Assembly (NCBI RefSeq): GCF_001194135.2
Contig: NC_068984.1
Coordinates: forward strand, 79,708,420-79,754,496
DNA: 46,077 nucleotides
Reading direction: 5' to 3'
Source: Octopus bimaculoides
Lineage: Eukaryota
A model generated the notes under the pieces. It made no database searches. It had not been told where the DNA came from and worked only from the letters and a program-made list of their open reading frames with translations. The position numbers were made by a program, and so were the translations under genes. Positions 1-11,535 of the stretch are shown piece by piece; position 1 is the stretch's first letter, and the number at the start of each line of letters is the position of its first letter.

Positions 1-130
1 ACACACACACACACACACAAACATCTTCTGTTTTATAGATATTGATATATGATATATTCTGTGTGTCTGTCTACCTATCTGTGTTTGTGTGTGTACACAC
101 TACACATACATATATGTACATACACACACA

Positions 131-670
131 TACAAAGAGGTACCCAAAAGTAATTGGAAACATTCTCTGTGGGACAAGCGTATTGTAGTTCCAGCTTCTG
201 CTGCCAAAAGTCACTTGATGCAACCCCCAAGCGGCATCAGTACGCTGACTGGCATTGTTGAGTGAAGTCATACTACCAGATAGTGCATCTTTGTTTTGCA
301 GTTCTTCCTCCCTGCTTGTTGGTTTTTCCAATGGTTGAAACAAAGGAACAGCATGCTTCTGTGAAGTTCTGTTTTCTGCTGAGGCAAATAGCAGCCAAAA
401 TGGTGGTTATGCTGGAAACAGCTTACAAGAAACACTGCCATGAGCAAAAAACAAGTTTACAAATGGTTTTCATGCTTTAGGAATGGTCACTCGTTGCTTG
501 AAGACAAACCATGTTCAGGGCAACTGTCGAACCCCTGAATGAATGAAAACATCACAAAAATTTATGAACTGATCATGGAGGACCGTTGCTGAACATTTGA
601 CAAGCTTTTTGATATGATTGGTGTGTCCTGGAGCTCTTGCCAAGGAATTTTGTTGACAGAAACTGAAAGA
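131..670 (+). mobile_element. Tc1/mariner transposon 5' fragment (degenerate TIR plus N-terminal HTH region of transposase)
   Basis: From ATG 331: MVETKEQHASVKFCFLLRQ..ETAYKK/AMSKKQVYKWFSCFRNGHSLLEDKPCSGQ..ENITKIYELIMEDRC*TFDKLFDMIGVSWSSCQGIL matches the mariner N-terminal pattern (EQR..IKFC, VY.WF..F..G...ED..RSG). It carries a frameshift and stops. A TA-CAAAGAGG.. terminus-like sequence lies at 131. Confidence 0.85.
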
Positions 671-689
671 AGTCTTTCATGTGTATGTG

Positions 690-805
690 TTTGTCCCCCA
701 CCACAGCTTGACAATCAGGTATTGGATTGTTTAAGTCCCTGTAAGTCAGTGGTTTGGCAAAAGAGACTCATAGAAGAATTACTGGGCTTAAAGGTAAAAA
801 AACCC
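690..805 (+). mobile_element. SINE family A, 3' half, diverged
   Basis: tttgtccccc..gcttgacaa..gtccctgtaa..gtggtttggcaaaagagac aligns by eye to the copy at 12200-12300. Confidence 0.7.
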
Positions 806-1382
806 ACTTCACTCCTGCTATTGAGGTAGACATCCAGATGTTGGGTATCTTTTAAGATTCCTCTCTTTTCAGACATGACTTTATCCTGTGCAGAAAGAAA
901 ACAGACCGATGAACACACCTATATATACCAACACAGCCTGATAAAATTGCGCATATAACACCACTACACATATCACACACTCCATCCCCACAGGAGTACC
1001 GCATTAATAATACACATTTTCCCCCACTTCAAGATAACTGTTGCCGGCTTAACAGCATATTCAACCAAAGGACATAACTCCTAACCTAATCCCCTAGCAC
1101 CTTTTTCGTTTTACCACCTTTTTCACAGCAGCCACTGACCGGTTGTGTTAATCCACATCCGACAATAGGGAGCAGTCGCCATATTCCCTTCCTTCTCGTT
1201 ATATAATTGGATTGTTATATAATTGAATTGTTACCTAACACTCCATTGTTTCCTTTACACGAAACCAATTGGTATGATCAGCAGTGATGGATATTCAATA
1301 CTTTTCAGATAATATACACCCACTCTACTGACAGATATACGAATGCATCTTTTCCCTGACTTATGGTCTCTTAGATGACTCA

Positions 1383-1575
1383 TGCATGTATACACACACA
1401 CACACATATATATATGCATATATGTGTATATGTATGCATACATATATATATATATGCAAATATGTGTATATGTATGCATATATGTATATATGTATGCATA
1501 CATATATATATATGCAAATATGTGTATATGTATGCATATATGCATACATATATATGTATGCGTGTGTATGCGTGT
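1383..1575. repeat. Compound (CA)/(TA)/(TATG) microsatellite with higher-order repeats
   Basis: Directly visible; the unit tatgcaaatatgtgtatatgtatgcata recurs. Confidence 0.95.
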
Positions 1576-1959
1576 ATTTATAAAACACACAACTCCTCTT
1601 GAGTTTATCAATTTTGTGCTAAATTTGGTGATCTTGTGTGTAAATCACTGCTACGATGAAAGAATGATGTCAGTATCTCTTAACACCAATTAGCTATTGA
1701 ACTAATCTGTTTGGTCTTTGCACTTTACATATTGTTTCCTTCCTTTCTATCATAGTGCAACTTCTGAACTTGTGCAATATTTATAGTTAAATCATGTCCG
1801 TCTTCTGTTATTGCTAAACATAAACAAAAGATAGAAAACAAACAAAGAGGAGGTTTGCTTAGGTTTCCATCTCACACTCATTCCCATACAATTATATTTT
1901 AGTCATGGTTAGCATTCCATTTTTTTACCAATTTATGTGTGTGTGTGTGTGTGTGTATG

Positions 1960-1999
<40 letters not shown>

Positions 2000-2030
2000 T
2001 ATATATACATTATACATAGGGCTTCCAGAC

Positions 2031-2440
2031 TCATGATACAAACTCTAAGTGTGGATGTACTGTAATCATATAGAGCTGTAAATAGATAGCTGGAGAGCAG
2101 CTGACAAAGGTCGTACTGAGTGATGCTAAAGCATCCTCAGCCTTCTTGACAATCTTGGAGATGTAGTTTGTCCAACACAGATCGCTGTCCGAAATAATAT
2201 CCAGGTCACATTCGCAATCAGACTTCTTAAGATTGGTGTTGTTGAGGAAGTATATAAAAGCTGGATTTTTACTCCCAGAAAAGATCACTCAGAAGGCATT
2301 CACAGCAATGCCAAGACAATTTGGTTAAACAATTTGGGTCAAGACAGGAAAAGGTCATGGTTGCCAAAGTATTAGAAGTGTATTGTGACCAGGATATATA
2401 ATGACATTTGATAGTGTGGTGGTTGATACAATGATGTCTT
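2031..2440 (-). mobile_element. CR1-group LINE ORF2 fragment (region C-terminal to the RT core)
   Basis: Translation ..ECDLDIISDSDLCWTNYISKIVKKAEDALASLSTTF..IYLQLYMITVHPHLEF matches the CR1/L2-type motif E.DLGI.IDS.L.W..HI..IVKKA...L..L.RTF...LY...VRPHLEY. Confidence 0.85.
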
Positions 2441-2444
2441 TTGT

Positions 2445-2800
2445 CTGTTACTTGAAGGGTTTAGTTGAACAAATCAACTCTAGTACTTATCTTTTTAAAG
2501 CCTGATACTAATTTTATCTGACTCTTTTGCCAAACCATTAAGTTATAGGGACACAAACAAACTGACACCAGTTGTCAAGCAGTGATGGGGACAAACACAA
2601 AGACACACATACATAGATGCATACATGCATACATAGATATTATACACACACACACACACAGAGCAAGTTTCTTTCAGCTTCTGACTATCAAATTCACTCA
2701 CAAGGTTTTATTGGCCTGAGGCTGTAGCAGAAGACACTTGCCCAAGATGCCACACTATGGAATTAAAGCTTCAACCATGTGGTTAAGAAGCAAACTTTTA
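2445..2800 (-). mobile_element. SINE family A, near full length, diverged
   Basis: Reverse-complement match to 11536-12406, including head, central (CA) tract and 3' half. Confidence 0.8.
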
Positions 2801-3299
2801 TATATGTGTGTGTGTATATCAACAATTGACAGTCTGTACTGACTTTCACCCTTGGTTGTATACAACTGTCAATAAATATATGTATCTATTGTACTCTATG
2901 TATTGACATCCACATCAGATAATATTTGCATTGCATAAAATAAATGTTTATATATGTATGCAGTATGCATGCATATATGTATTATATGTCCACATGTGTG
3001 TGTTTATATATGTGTGTGTGTGTTAGTGAGTAAGTAAGTAAATTGTTCTTCATTGGAACAAATTGCTTCAACAGCAATAACGGATTCAATACCATCTCAG
3101 AAAATGTTTGTGTGAAATACATATGTTAGATGTTGAATACTGAATGAAGTTTCATTTTTCAACTGCTTACAATGTCAAATTGATTTAATAAAATTGCCAT
3201 TGTAAAGTGTGTGTATAGGTTGGTAAGTATTTAGTATGAATAGGTGTCTTGGTTTGGTATAATGTTGGGAAAATATAAATCTGTTCAAAATTAATATCA

Positions 3300-3950
3300 T
3301 TCTCCATGCCCATGATCAAGGAATTTGGATCATACCTTTTGATGTAATGTTTATAGGGGCCAAGGGCTCAGTTGAAGTTGGTGATATTATAAACCAGTAT
3401 CTTTTGAATTACTTCAAAGTAACAAATACAATCTTAAATAGAAAAGAAACCTTCCTTCACCAAGTCTTAGGCTGTCAAGAAATAGGTTGTGAACTTTGTG
3501 CTATGCAGAACCTGAAAATTCTCTTTGTAATTTCCTTAACTGTTATTCTAAATATATCTCATTGTGTCCACATAGAATATATAAATCATTAAGACATTCC
3601 AAATATTCAATCCATGCTAAGAGGTATCTTAAGACTATTAATTAATCCCTAATTGATCCCATGAAAGTCTTGTTTGCTTCGTTTTATAAATTGAAACTTT
3701 ATATTAGATAACCTGTATAGCCTTTTTAGTTGCTTTTTGTACTCATATAACTGTCTGGTGTGCTGCCACACCCAATGCCACCAAATTTCAAGCAGGGATA
3801 TGATAAAAGTTTTGCATTATGATTTGTGATGAAATCAATGAATTTGCCATTTTCGCAAATTCATTATAAACACACTTGGAATATACATCCCTGCTGTCTG
3901 CCCACTCCTGACTTATTTGACCACTGTACACCAGACCCATCTTCTAATCA
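3300..3950 (-). mobile_element. Highly decayed RTE-like LINE, RT C-terminal half
   Basis: Minus-strand remnants appear in the expected order: KSGVGRQQGCIF (GVRQGC), KVSIYKTKQ (KTK), ECLNDLYILCG (F.YLG), KEITKRI. There are many frameshifts. Confidence 0.45.
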
Positions 3951-4285
3951 CTATGGGAAGGTGTCTTCTACTATAGCTATAGGCTGACCAGAGCTATGTA
4001 AGTGGAAACTGAAAGAAACTTGTTGTGTGTGTGTGTGTGTGTTTGTGTGTGCTATAGTTCCTTGCCTTGACATCATTTGATGGCTGCAAATGTCACTGTC
4101 ATGCAAACAGTGTCTGTCATTTCCAATCTTCTGTGAAGACCTGATCATGGGGAAATATTACATTGGAAACAGGTGAAGGTTGGCACCAAGAAGGGCATCT
4201 GGCTATAGAAAATCTACCCCTAACAAATTTTGTTAGCTCTATGAGAGCATGGAAAAGTGGATGTTAAAACAACAATGATGTTCAG
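3950..4285 (+). mobile_element. SINE with family-A-like 5' body and RTE-type 3' tail
   Basis: gtcttctactatagc..ggaaactgaaagaa (family A), then gttggcaccaagaagggcatc..gcatggaaaagtggatgttaaaac (RTE-like tail). Confidence 0.65.
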
Positions 4286-5098
4286 AAAATCTATTTGTAC
4301 TTGTAATTTCAATTTTATTCAAACAAGACCCCATCAACCTCTAAGAAGTAAGCCTTGAAAGCCTATATAATAATCTGCTTGTTCGTTTCCCTGCTATGCT
4401 TTAGTTAGTTAGAGAGGTAGAGTAAAAATGAGAGAGAGAGAGGGGGAGAAATGTGAGTCAAAAAGAAAGAAAGCAATATAAGGATACACTAAAGCCAAAT
4501 GCATCACATGGTTAGTTGAAGGAAGAGGTGAAGAGTGAGAGAAAAAGACGGTGAGAGAAAAATGGGAGAGAGAAGGGTTTGTTGAAGAGGTAGAGAGAAA
4601 TATAAAGTGCTTAGCTGAGGGATATTTTAAGATCATGCAATATATTGTTGTGACTGGAAGTGAAATAACTTAGCAAAATAAAAATAAAAATCATCCTTTC
4701 TTTCTTAAATAGCTTCTCTTAATACTTTTTGTTTTGTGGAAGTTCCACAAAATATATTTTGCATACTGCATACTTTATATAACAACCTTGTTTTCCTATT
4801 GCTTATTTAAGCAGTGTATTAAAAATTTTGTTGCAAATTCACTACAGCTAATTACATTGCCATAAATTCATTGCCCTGATTCCATCACCTGGCAATTTCA
4901 TTGCCTGTTACTGATACCATAAGCTAGTATAGTTTTGGTAAATTCCTCTTTATGCCAAATTCAGCATCAGTAAATTCTGCAGCATGTTTTTGATATACAG
5001 AATAAGAATATCACTAAACAGTATTTAAAGTTTTTAGTCACAAAGTAAACACATCACATTTCATTAACATTTTAAAAAGGAAATAATATAAAAAAAAT

Positions 5099-5290
5099 GT
5101 CCACCCTCAGTTCCAGAAGTTTTTAGAAATCTTGATGAAAGAACAAACAAGAAATGTAGCAATAAATAACAAATTCCACATCACAAAAAGAAATGTAAAG
5201 ATTGCTAAGAGAATTTAAGGTATTGTCAATGAATATCAAAATCTTGAAATATTGGATAATTTAAGAGATATAGCTCATAATTTGTCTTAG
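5099..5290 (+). mobile_element. Mutator/MULE transposase C-terminal fossil
   Basis: Single frame VHPQFQKFLEILMKEQ..KIAKRI*GIVNEYQNLEILDNLRDIAHNLS* matches the C-terminal pattern I recognise in animal MULE transposases (HP..WKF...L..EQ ... RI..IV..Y....LDYLR.IAHNL). One internal stop. Confidence 0.75.
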
Positions 5291-5749
5291 AATTGTTCAT
5301 TCTTCCTTCAATTTAAAACAGCACTATCTTCTAACTGCATTTTTTGAGATTCTATTTCTAAAAGTAACTTGGATTTTATTTTTTTCCGTTTTTGATTGTG
5401 TAAATTTAATCTCAGTATTTTTCCTTTTCTTTTCTCTTTTTTTTTGTCTTTGAATTTCTTAATGAAATATAATGCTTTTACTCTGTGAACAAAAACTTTT
5501 AAATAATGTTTAGCAATATATTTACTCTGTGAAAAAAGCATTTTGGTAACTTTAATAATAATGTATTTGGCATAATGATGGATTGGATTTACTCATCTTA
5601 TATTGTGCTGGAATAATGGGTATGCATTTACTGTGATATAATTACCTACAATGGATCTGCATAAATGAGTTTACCAGGTATGATACTAAACCTACACTAA
5701 CTTTTATTTTAGCTTTTTTGTTACTGTATTTCTGTTGAGATACATAGTC

Positions 5750-5933
5750 TTCATTTCAATTAATTTTGAAAATAATAAAGAATCTGGCAAAATAACTAAC
5801 TTCATTAATTTCATTTGGAGCATAAATGAACATGAAATTCTGATGGAAGGTTTAAATTAAAATAATTTCAAAACAGGGTGTTTGTATTATAGAACCAAGG
5901 GTATTTCAGGCAGGTTGATACCACAAGGGTTAA
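5750..5933. mobile_element. Possible piggyBac-like MITE (only the right end is clear)
   Basis: Ends in ..caggcaggttgataccacAAGGG-TTAA. The left terminus is not recognisable. Confidence 0.3.
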
Positions 5934-6289
5934 ATTCAATATTCACCCTAATGTACGAGAAACCTCTATTACTATTCTTATTGGTCAAAATTTCTCCATC
6001 ATATAATTAGACTGAACTTGTCAATTACTTTTACTATTGTAATAACTTCCTTAAATTATATTTCTTTTAATTGTTACTTAATTACACTTCCTTTTGACTT
6101 TTATTTTTCTACACCCCAAATTATTTTCTTTTATATATCTTCAATTATTATCCAGTATATTACAGCTCAATGAATTCACTGTTCGTAAATTACTATGTGA
6201 GACAGCTCCATGCTACCTAATTATCAATTTGTCCCATGGAAACTGTAGCAGTATCCAACACACATTTAGAGCACATTTGTTAAGTCAAA

Positions 6290-6470
6290 CAAGTCAGCCC
6301 CAGTGCTTAATTTTTTTAAAGTCTGGTTCTTATCCTATTGGTCTCTTTTGCCAAACCACTGATTTACAAACCAATACTGTTTATCAAGCAGAGTGGTGGA
6401 GATAAACATTAACACAAGAACATGCATGCACACACACACAAACACACATACATATGCACACATAAGTGTG
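6290..6470 (-). mobile_element. SINE family A, 3' half
   Basis: tattggtctcttttgccaaaccact..tcaagcag..gagataaaca matches family A in reverse. Confidence 0.65.
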
Positions 6471-6499
6471 AAAGATGCAGAAAAGGCCATAGCTCAATT

Positions 6500-7510
6500 A
6501 ATTAGGAAGAGAGTTAGCATAAATGAGATGCTGTTTTGATTTATGAAAGGGAGAAGCACCACCAATACTATCTTCCTGGTGAGGCAACTACAGGATAAAT
6601 TCTTGGCCAAAAATAAACCTCTGTTTCTAGCTTTTGTTGATGTGGAAAAAGCCTTTGACAGGGTCCCCCACTTCCTTATCTGGTGAGCAATGCAGAAGCT
6701 AATGATAGATGAGTGGTTTGCTAGAGTTGTGCAAGCCATGTACAGGGATGCTGTTAGTAAGGTGAGAGTTACCAATGAGTATAGCAAGGAGTTTAGTGTA
6801 CAAATAGGAATCCACCAAGGTTCAGTTCTTAACCCCCTCTTATATGTCCTGGTCCTCCAAGCTATAACTGAAGAATTTAAGACTAGCTGCCCTTGGGAGC
6901 TCCTCTATGCTGATGACCTTGTACTTATTGCTGAACTGAATCACTACCAAAACTAGAGAAGAAATTTCAGGTATGGAAGCAAGGCCTCAAATCAAAGGCC
7001 TTAGAGTTAACTTAACAAAGAACAAAATATTGATCAGTAGGAAAACAAACAAATCACAAGATTCCATCAGGGAAATGTCACTGCTTGATACATAGAAAAG
7101 GTGTCAGGAGAAACTCCATAAGTGCAAGCTATGGACACATAAGAGGTGCAGCAGTATCACTGGATGACTAACAGAGAAAGTAGTCTTTACATGTATCAGA
7201 TTGCAGGTACATTAAACACCAGGAATATACAAAAAAATAGACTCCTTCATATGTCAGGGAGTGTCCCTAGAAGTGGTAGACAGTTTCTGTTATTTAGGTG
7301 ACCAAGATAGTAGTTGGGGTGGTTGTTCTGGAAGCATAGTTGCTAGAATAAGAATAGGTTGAGTGAAGTTCAGAGAGTTACTACCTCTGTAAGTAATGAG
7401 CGCCCTCTCCCTCAAAGTGAAAGGCAGATTGCATGATGCCTGTGTACGAACAGCTATGCTACATGACAGTGAGACATGGGCAGTGATTATTGAGGATATG
7501 CAAAGTTGAA
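6500..7510 (+). mobile_element. RTE-clade LINE reverse transcriptase fragment, decayed
   Basis: INEM..FMKGRSTTNTIFLVRQLQDKFLAKNKPLFLAFVDVEKAFDRVP; IGIHQGSVLNPLLY; LLYADDLVLIA; decayed Cys/His block CKLWTHKRC; F.YLGD; LHDACVRTAMLHDSETW. Frameshifts and stops are present. Confidence 0.95.
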
Positions 7511-8055
7511 ACAATTGTAGTGATTTTTAAATAAAGAATATCGTTCATTCCATTTTCTATCATTTATCTATTTATATACCTCTATGTATTTTTATATACT
7601 TCCTATCTAGATAAATTAACAACTTATACACTAAATTCATAGAAACTTATAATTATATTGAACTAAATAAATGCTTCTACTAGTAATCTAACCTCATCTA
7701 AATTTGCCATACTTTTTTTCTGAGATAATTACGATATTCTTAGCTAATTACATTTTCCAACATTATTCTGCATATTATAGGAGAATACATAGCTAACAAT
7801 TTTATAATTTACTTTATTTAAAGACCCAGATTACTTTTAACTCTGTAAGTTCCCTATCATTGTGATAATCAACTTAATTTATTTAGTTTTGTAATGTTAG
7901 TTCTTTGTTTAATGTACCAGACCAATAAGTAGTTTTGAATCTTTTCTACCTTTTAACTTGAATTTATATATATGCATATACCTACATATGCATACAAGTA
8001 CAAATGTATGTATCTATGTACTTATGCATGCATGTATATAGTTAGATAAATAGCA

Positions 8056-8098
<43 letters not shown>

Positions 8099-8629
8099 GA
8101 TACATATATGTATACACACACGCACACATACATATATGTATTAGTGTTTATAAATGTATGTGTATGCTTATGTATATATATGAGTGAGTGGACAAATGAA
8201 AGGAGGGCACTCAACCAATTTATTGTGTTACATGTATAGATCAAAATAGTTTGATTCAAATTTATTGGTACTCTTGGGTTTCAAGCGTGATGCTAGTCAT
8301 TAGCCATTTTGAATTTGAATGACAGAAGTTGATTGTTATTACTATAAGGTGGGCTGTGATTGGACAAACACACACATGCACACACGCACACACACCCACA
8401 CCCGCATTTACATGCACACACATATATTCACACAGAGTTGAAACGCTGTTTGATTTATTTTTTCAGTATACACTACCAAGTATGACATCACCCCTTCCTT
8501 CCTTATTCATCTATCACCCCCTTCCTTTGTCATTCATAAACACAAGAATATTATTATAGTAGATTATCTCGGTAACCATGGGAGTTATGACAAAAATACA
8601 AAGCCCAGCATCACCACCGGATCATTCTA

Positions 8630-9060
8630 CACATCTACTCTTTCTACTTGTTTCAGTCATTTGACTGTGGCCATGCTGGAGCACCGCCTTCAGTCGAGCA
8701 AATCGACCCCAGGACTTATTCTTTGTAAGCCTAGNNNNNNNNNNAGTCGAGCAAATCGACCCCAGGACTTATTCTTTGTAAGCCTAGTACTTATTCTATC
8801 GGTCTCTTTTGCCGAACCGCTAAGTTACGGGACGCAAACACACCACCATCGGTTGTCAAACAATGTTGGGTGGACAAACAGACACACAAACATATACACA
8901 CACATACATATATATATACATATATACAACGGGCTTCTTTCAGTTTCCGTCTACCAAATCCACTCACAAGGCTTTGGTCGGCCCTGCCCAAGGTGCCATG
9001 CGGTGGGAATGAACTCAGAACCATGTGGTTGGTAAGCAAGCTACTTACCACACAGCCACT
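8630..9060 (-). mobile_element. SINE family A, full length, relatively young
   Basis: tRNA-like head (reverse complement of ..cacacagccact at ~9050-9060), central (TA/CA) tract and 3' half with retained CpGs. Contains a 10-N gap. Confidence 0.9.
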
Positions 9061-9917
9061 TCTGTGTCTGTGTAATTTTTCACACAATTCCACCCAGCCA
9101 TTTGACTGTGAATCCCAAGACAAGAAAGAATCGCCCATGTCAAATTTATATGTATAGATGAGTATATACAGACTACACACACACACACACGCACACACAC
9201 ACACACACACATGCACACACACACACACATGCACACACACACACACACATAAAATCCACATCTTTCCTCCTTAATTAATTTCAAAGAATTATATCCAGCC
9301 TTCTTTGATATTATTGAAATACATGAGGCGCCATTTAAGCTCTATATGTGAACCACACACTTATGTATAGTACAGTTAAATTTGCTTAACTCATTCTTTT
9401 CAATTTTTCTTAAATTTTGTAAAACATTATCTATATAAAGCATTGAATTTATTTAGTGTAACTCTTTATAGCAAACATTCCATTCTGTATAAATTTTACT
9501 ACTTTTCCTGAATACATTCGCATATGTATGCATATATACAGTTGCATTGGCTTTAAAATTAAGGAAAATTTATGTATAAAAAGCTACAACTATTCGTTTT
9601 TAGACACCACATGTACTCATTTGGGATATATTTGCATTTTGAATCCTTACTGTATTTTGCCATTTGTCTTTAAGCTAATAATCACATATACCATCTTGAC
9701 ATAGATAAGAACAATTAATTCACAAACATCTATATCATTTTATATCTTTATTTTTACCTAAAATAAACATTTGCAAGTGAACCATATTTAAATTACAAAT
9801 TAATGTGTTAACCATTTCACTTTATAAATTCCATTACACCTTTACCTTATCAAAGTAAACTATTTTTGTAAAATTTTCCATTATTCTAGAGTTGGCATCA
9901 AGATATTCAGCATCCAA

Positions 9918-10372
9918 CGTTACCCCTACGAAGTGCACCCCTTCTCTCAGCCCTACATTGTGTGCTCCCTTCTCTCAGCCCTACGTGTGCCCCTTTCTTC
10001 CAGCCTTACAATGTACCCCCTTTCTCCCAGCCTTACTATTTGTCCCCTTTCTCTCAGCCCTACATTGTGTTTCTCCTTCTTCTAGCCTTGCAATTTGTCC
10101 CTTTTTCACAGCCCTGCAGTGTGCACCCTATCTCTCAACCCTACAATGTGTGCCCCTTTCTTCTAACTTTACAATGTATATGCCCCCTTCTTCCAGCTTT
10201 ACAATTTGTTCCCTTTCTCCCAAGCCTGCAATGTGTGTCTCTTCTCCCAGCCCCTACAATGTGTGTTCCCTTTTCCTGGCCTTACAAGATATGTCCCCAC
10301 TCCCAGTCTGCTAGTGTGCACCCTTCCTCCCAGCCTTACGATGTCCACTATGTTGTCTCAGCCCTACAATGT
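9918..10372. repeat. Degenerate ~27-bp minisatellite, ~16-17 units
   Basis: Consensus is about TGTGTGCCCCTTTCTCCCAGCCCTACAA. The CAGCC(C/T)TAC anchor recurs every 26-29 bp. Confidence 0.9.
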
Positions 10373-10385
10373 AAAAAAGAAAAAT

Positions 10386-10695
10386 TTAAACTGACACTCC
10401 ATTGGTTATGACAACAAGGGTTCCAGCCTGCTTGTGAAGGTAATGTGCAAGTGGCTGAGCACACCACAGACACACATATCTTTAACATACTTTTCTGGGA
10501 GATTTAGTGTGACACAGAATGTGATAAGACTGGCCCTTTAAATTACAGGTACTACTCATTTTTGCCAGTTGAATGGACTGGAGTAACATGAAATAAAGTG
10601 ACTTGCTCAAGCACACAATGTGCCTCCAATTTTTGAACTCATCACCTTATGAGCATGAATCGAATACCCTAACCACTACATCATGTGCCCTCACA
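10386..10695 (-). mobile_element. tRNA-derived SINE family B with CORE/V-like central block
   Basis: Reverse strand: A-box-like tgatgtagtggttag, B-box-like gagttcaaa, ttgagcaagtcactttatttc..ctccagtccattcaactggcaaaaatgagta; the 3' part is shared with 11960-12150. Confidence 0.8.
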
Positions 10696-10784
10696 TGTAC
10701 ACCCTACAATGTACACCCTTTGTCACAAGTGTCTTTGAAATTTTTTTACCTAAACCATTCCCAACATCATCATCATGATCATCA

Positions 10785-10985
10785 TCATTGTCATCATCAT
10801 CATCGTTTAATGTCTGTTTTCCATGCTGGCATGGGTTGGACATTTTGACCAGAGCTGGAAAGCTGGAGAGTTGCATCAAGTTCCCGTCTGATTTGGCTTG
10901 GTTTCTACAAGCTGGATGCCCATCCTAACTCCAACCACATTATAGTGTGTGTGTGCTGGTTGCTTTTAATGTGGCACCTATTTTT
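10785..10985 (-). mobile_element. RTE LINE 3' UTR fragment with (GAT)n tail
   Basis: (CAT)n then gtttaatgtctgttttccatgctggcatgggttggac is the reverse complement of the tail at 15520-15576. Confidence 0.85.
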
Positions 10986-11090
10986 AATGTTTCTATTAAA
11001 TTTATAACTCAACCATATTTATATTCATATTCTTCTGACTTTACATCTAATCTACATCCTTATTCATGTCAAGCCCCTACTCCGACATAC

Positions 11091-11312
11091 TTAACCCTTT
11101 AGCATTCAGATTACTCTGTCAGATGGAATGCTTATTTGTTCACAATGTTTTGAATTGATCTCATAGCCTTGAGATTGTGGTGATGTGACTGTATACTTTT
11201 AGAATGACATTGTAGAATAGGTGTGAGAAGCCAAACTTAACCAATTTGAATATAGAACAAGTAGAATATTTGGACCAGAGATGGCCAGTTTAGATGCTAA
11301 AGTGTGAGTTAA
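11091..11312. mobile_element. piggyBac-like MITE (TTAA target, CCCTTTAG TIR)
   Basis: TTAA-CCCTTTAGC ... GCTAAAG(tgt)GAG-TTAA; the interior is homologous in reverse to 28006-28233. Confidence 0.8.
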
Positions 11313-11535
11313 GCCCTTGTTCCCTATGAAGCATAGTCCATCAATGGATTTTCTTTACTCTTTTTGACCATGGACTGTTTTTTTTCTGCTCCTAGACTCA
11401 TGCAACCCCTGGGCAACTGTTTAATGTACCTGTGCCTTAAGGCGGCACAGGATGTGCCTGCTAGCTATGATATATGTAATTTAGTTTTAGTGGGATTAAT
11501 TAACATAATTAGGATTATTAAACAAAATAGACACA

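Noticed and set aside
3347-3592. 81-aa plus-strand ORF
   Set aside because: No recognisable protein; it lies antisense to a decayed LINE.
8569-8586. RFX X-box-like GTAACCATGG
   Set aside because: Only a half site matches and there is no promoter context.
8692-8787. Exact 43-bp direct repeat on either side of a 10-N gap
   Set aside because: This is the typical signature of unmerged overlapping contig ends; other SINE A copies have the sequence once.
9918-10372. CRISPR-like repeat/spacer appearance
   Set aside because: The units are homologous along their whole length with no unique spacers, and the context is eukaryotic with no cas genes.
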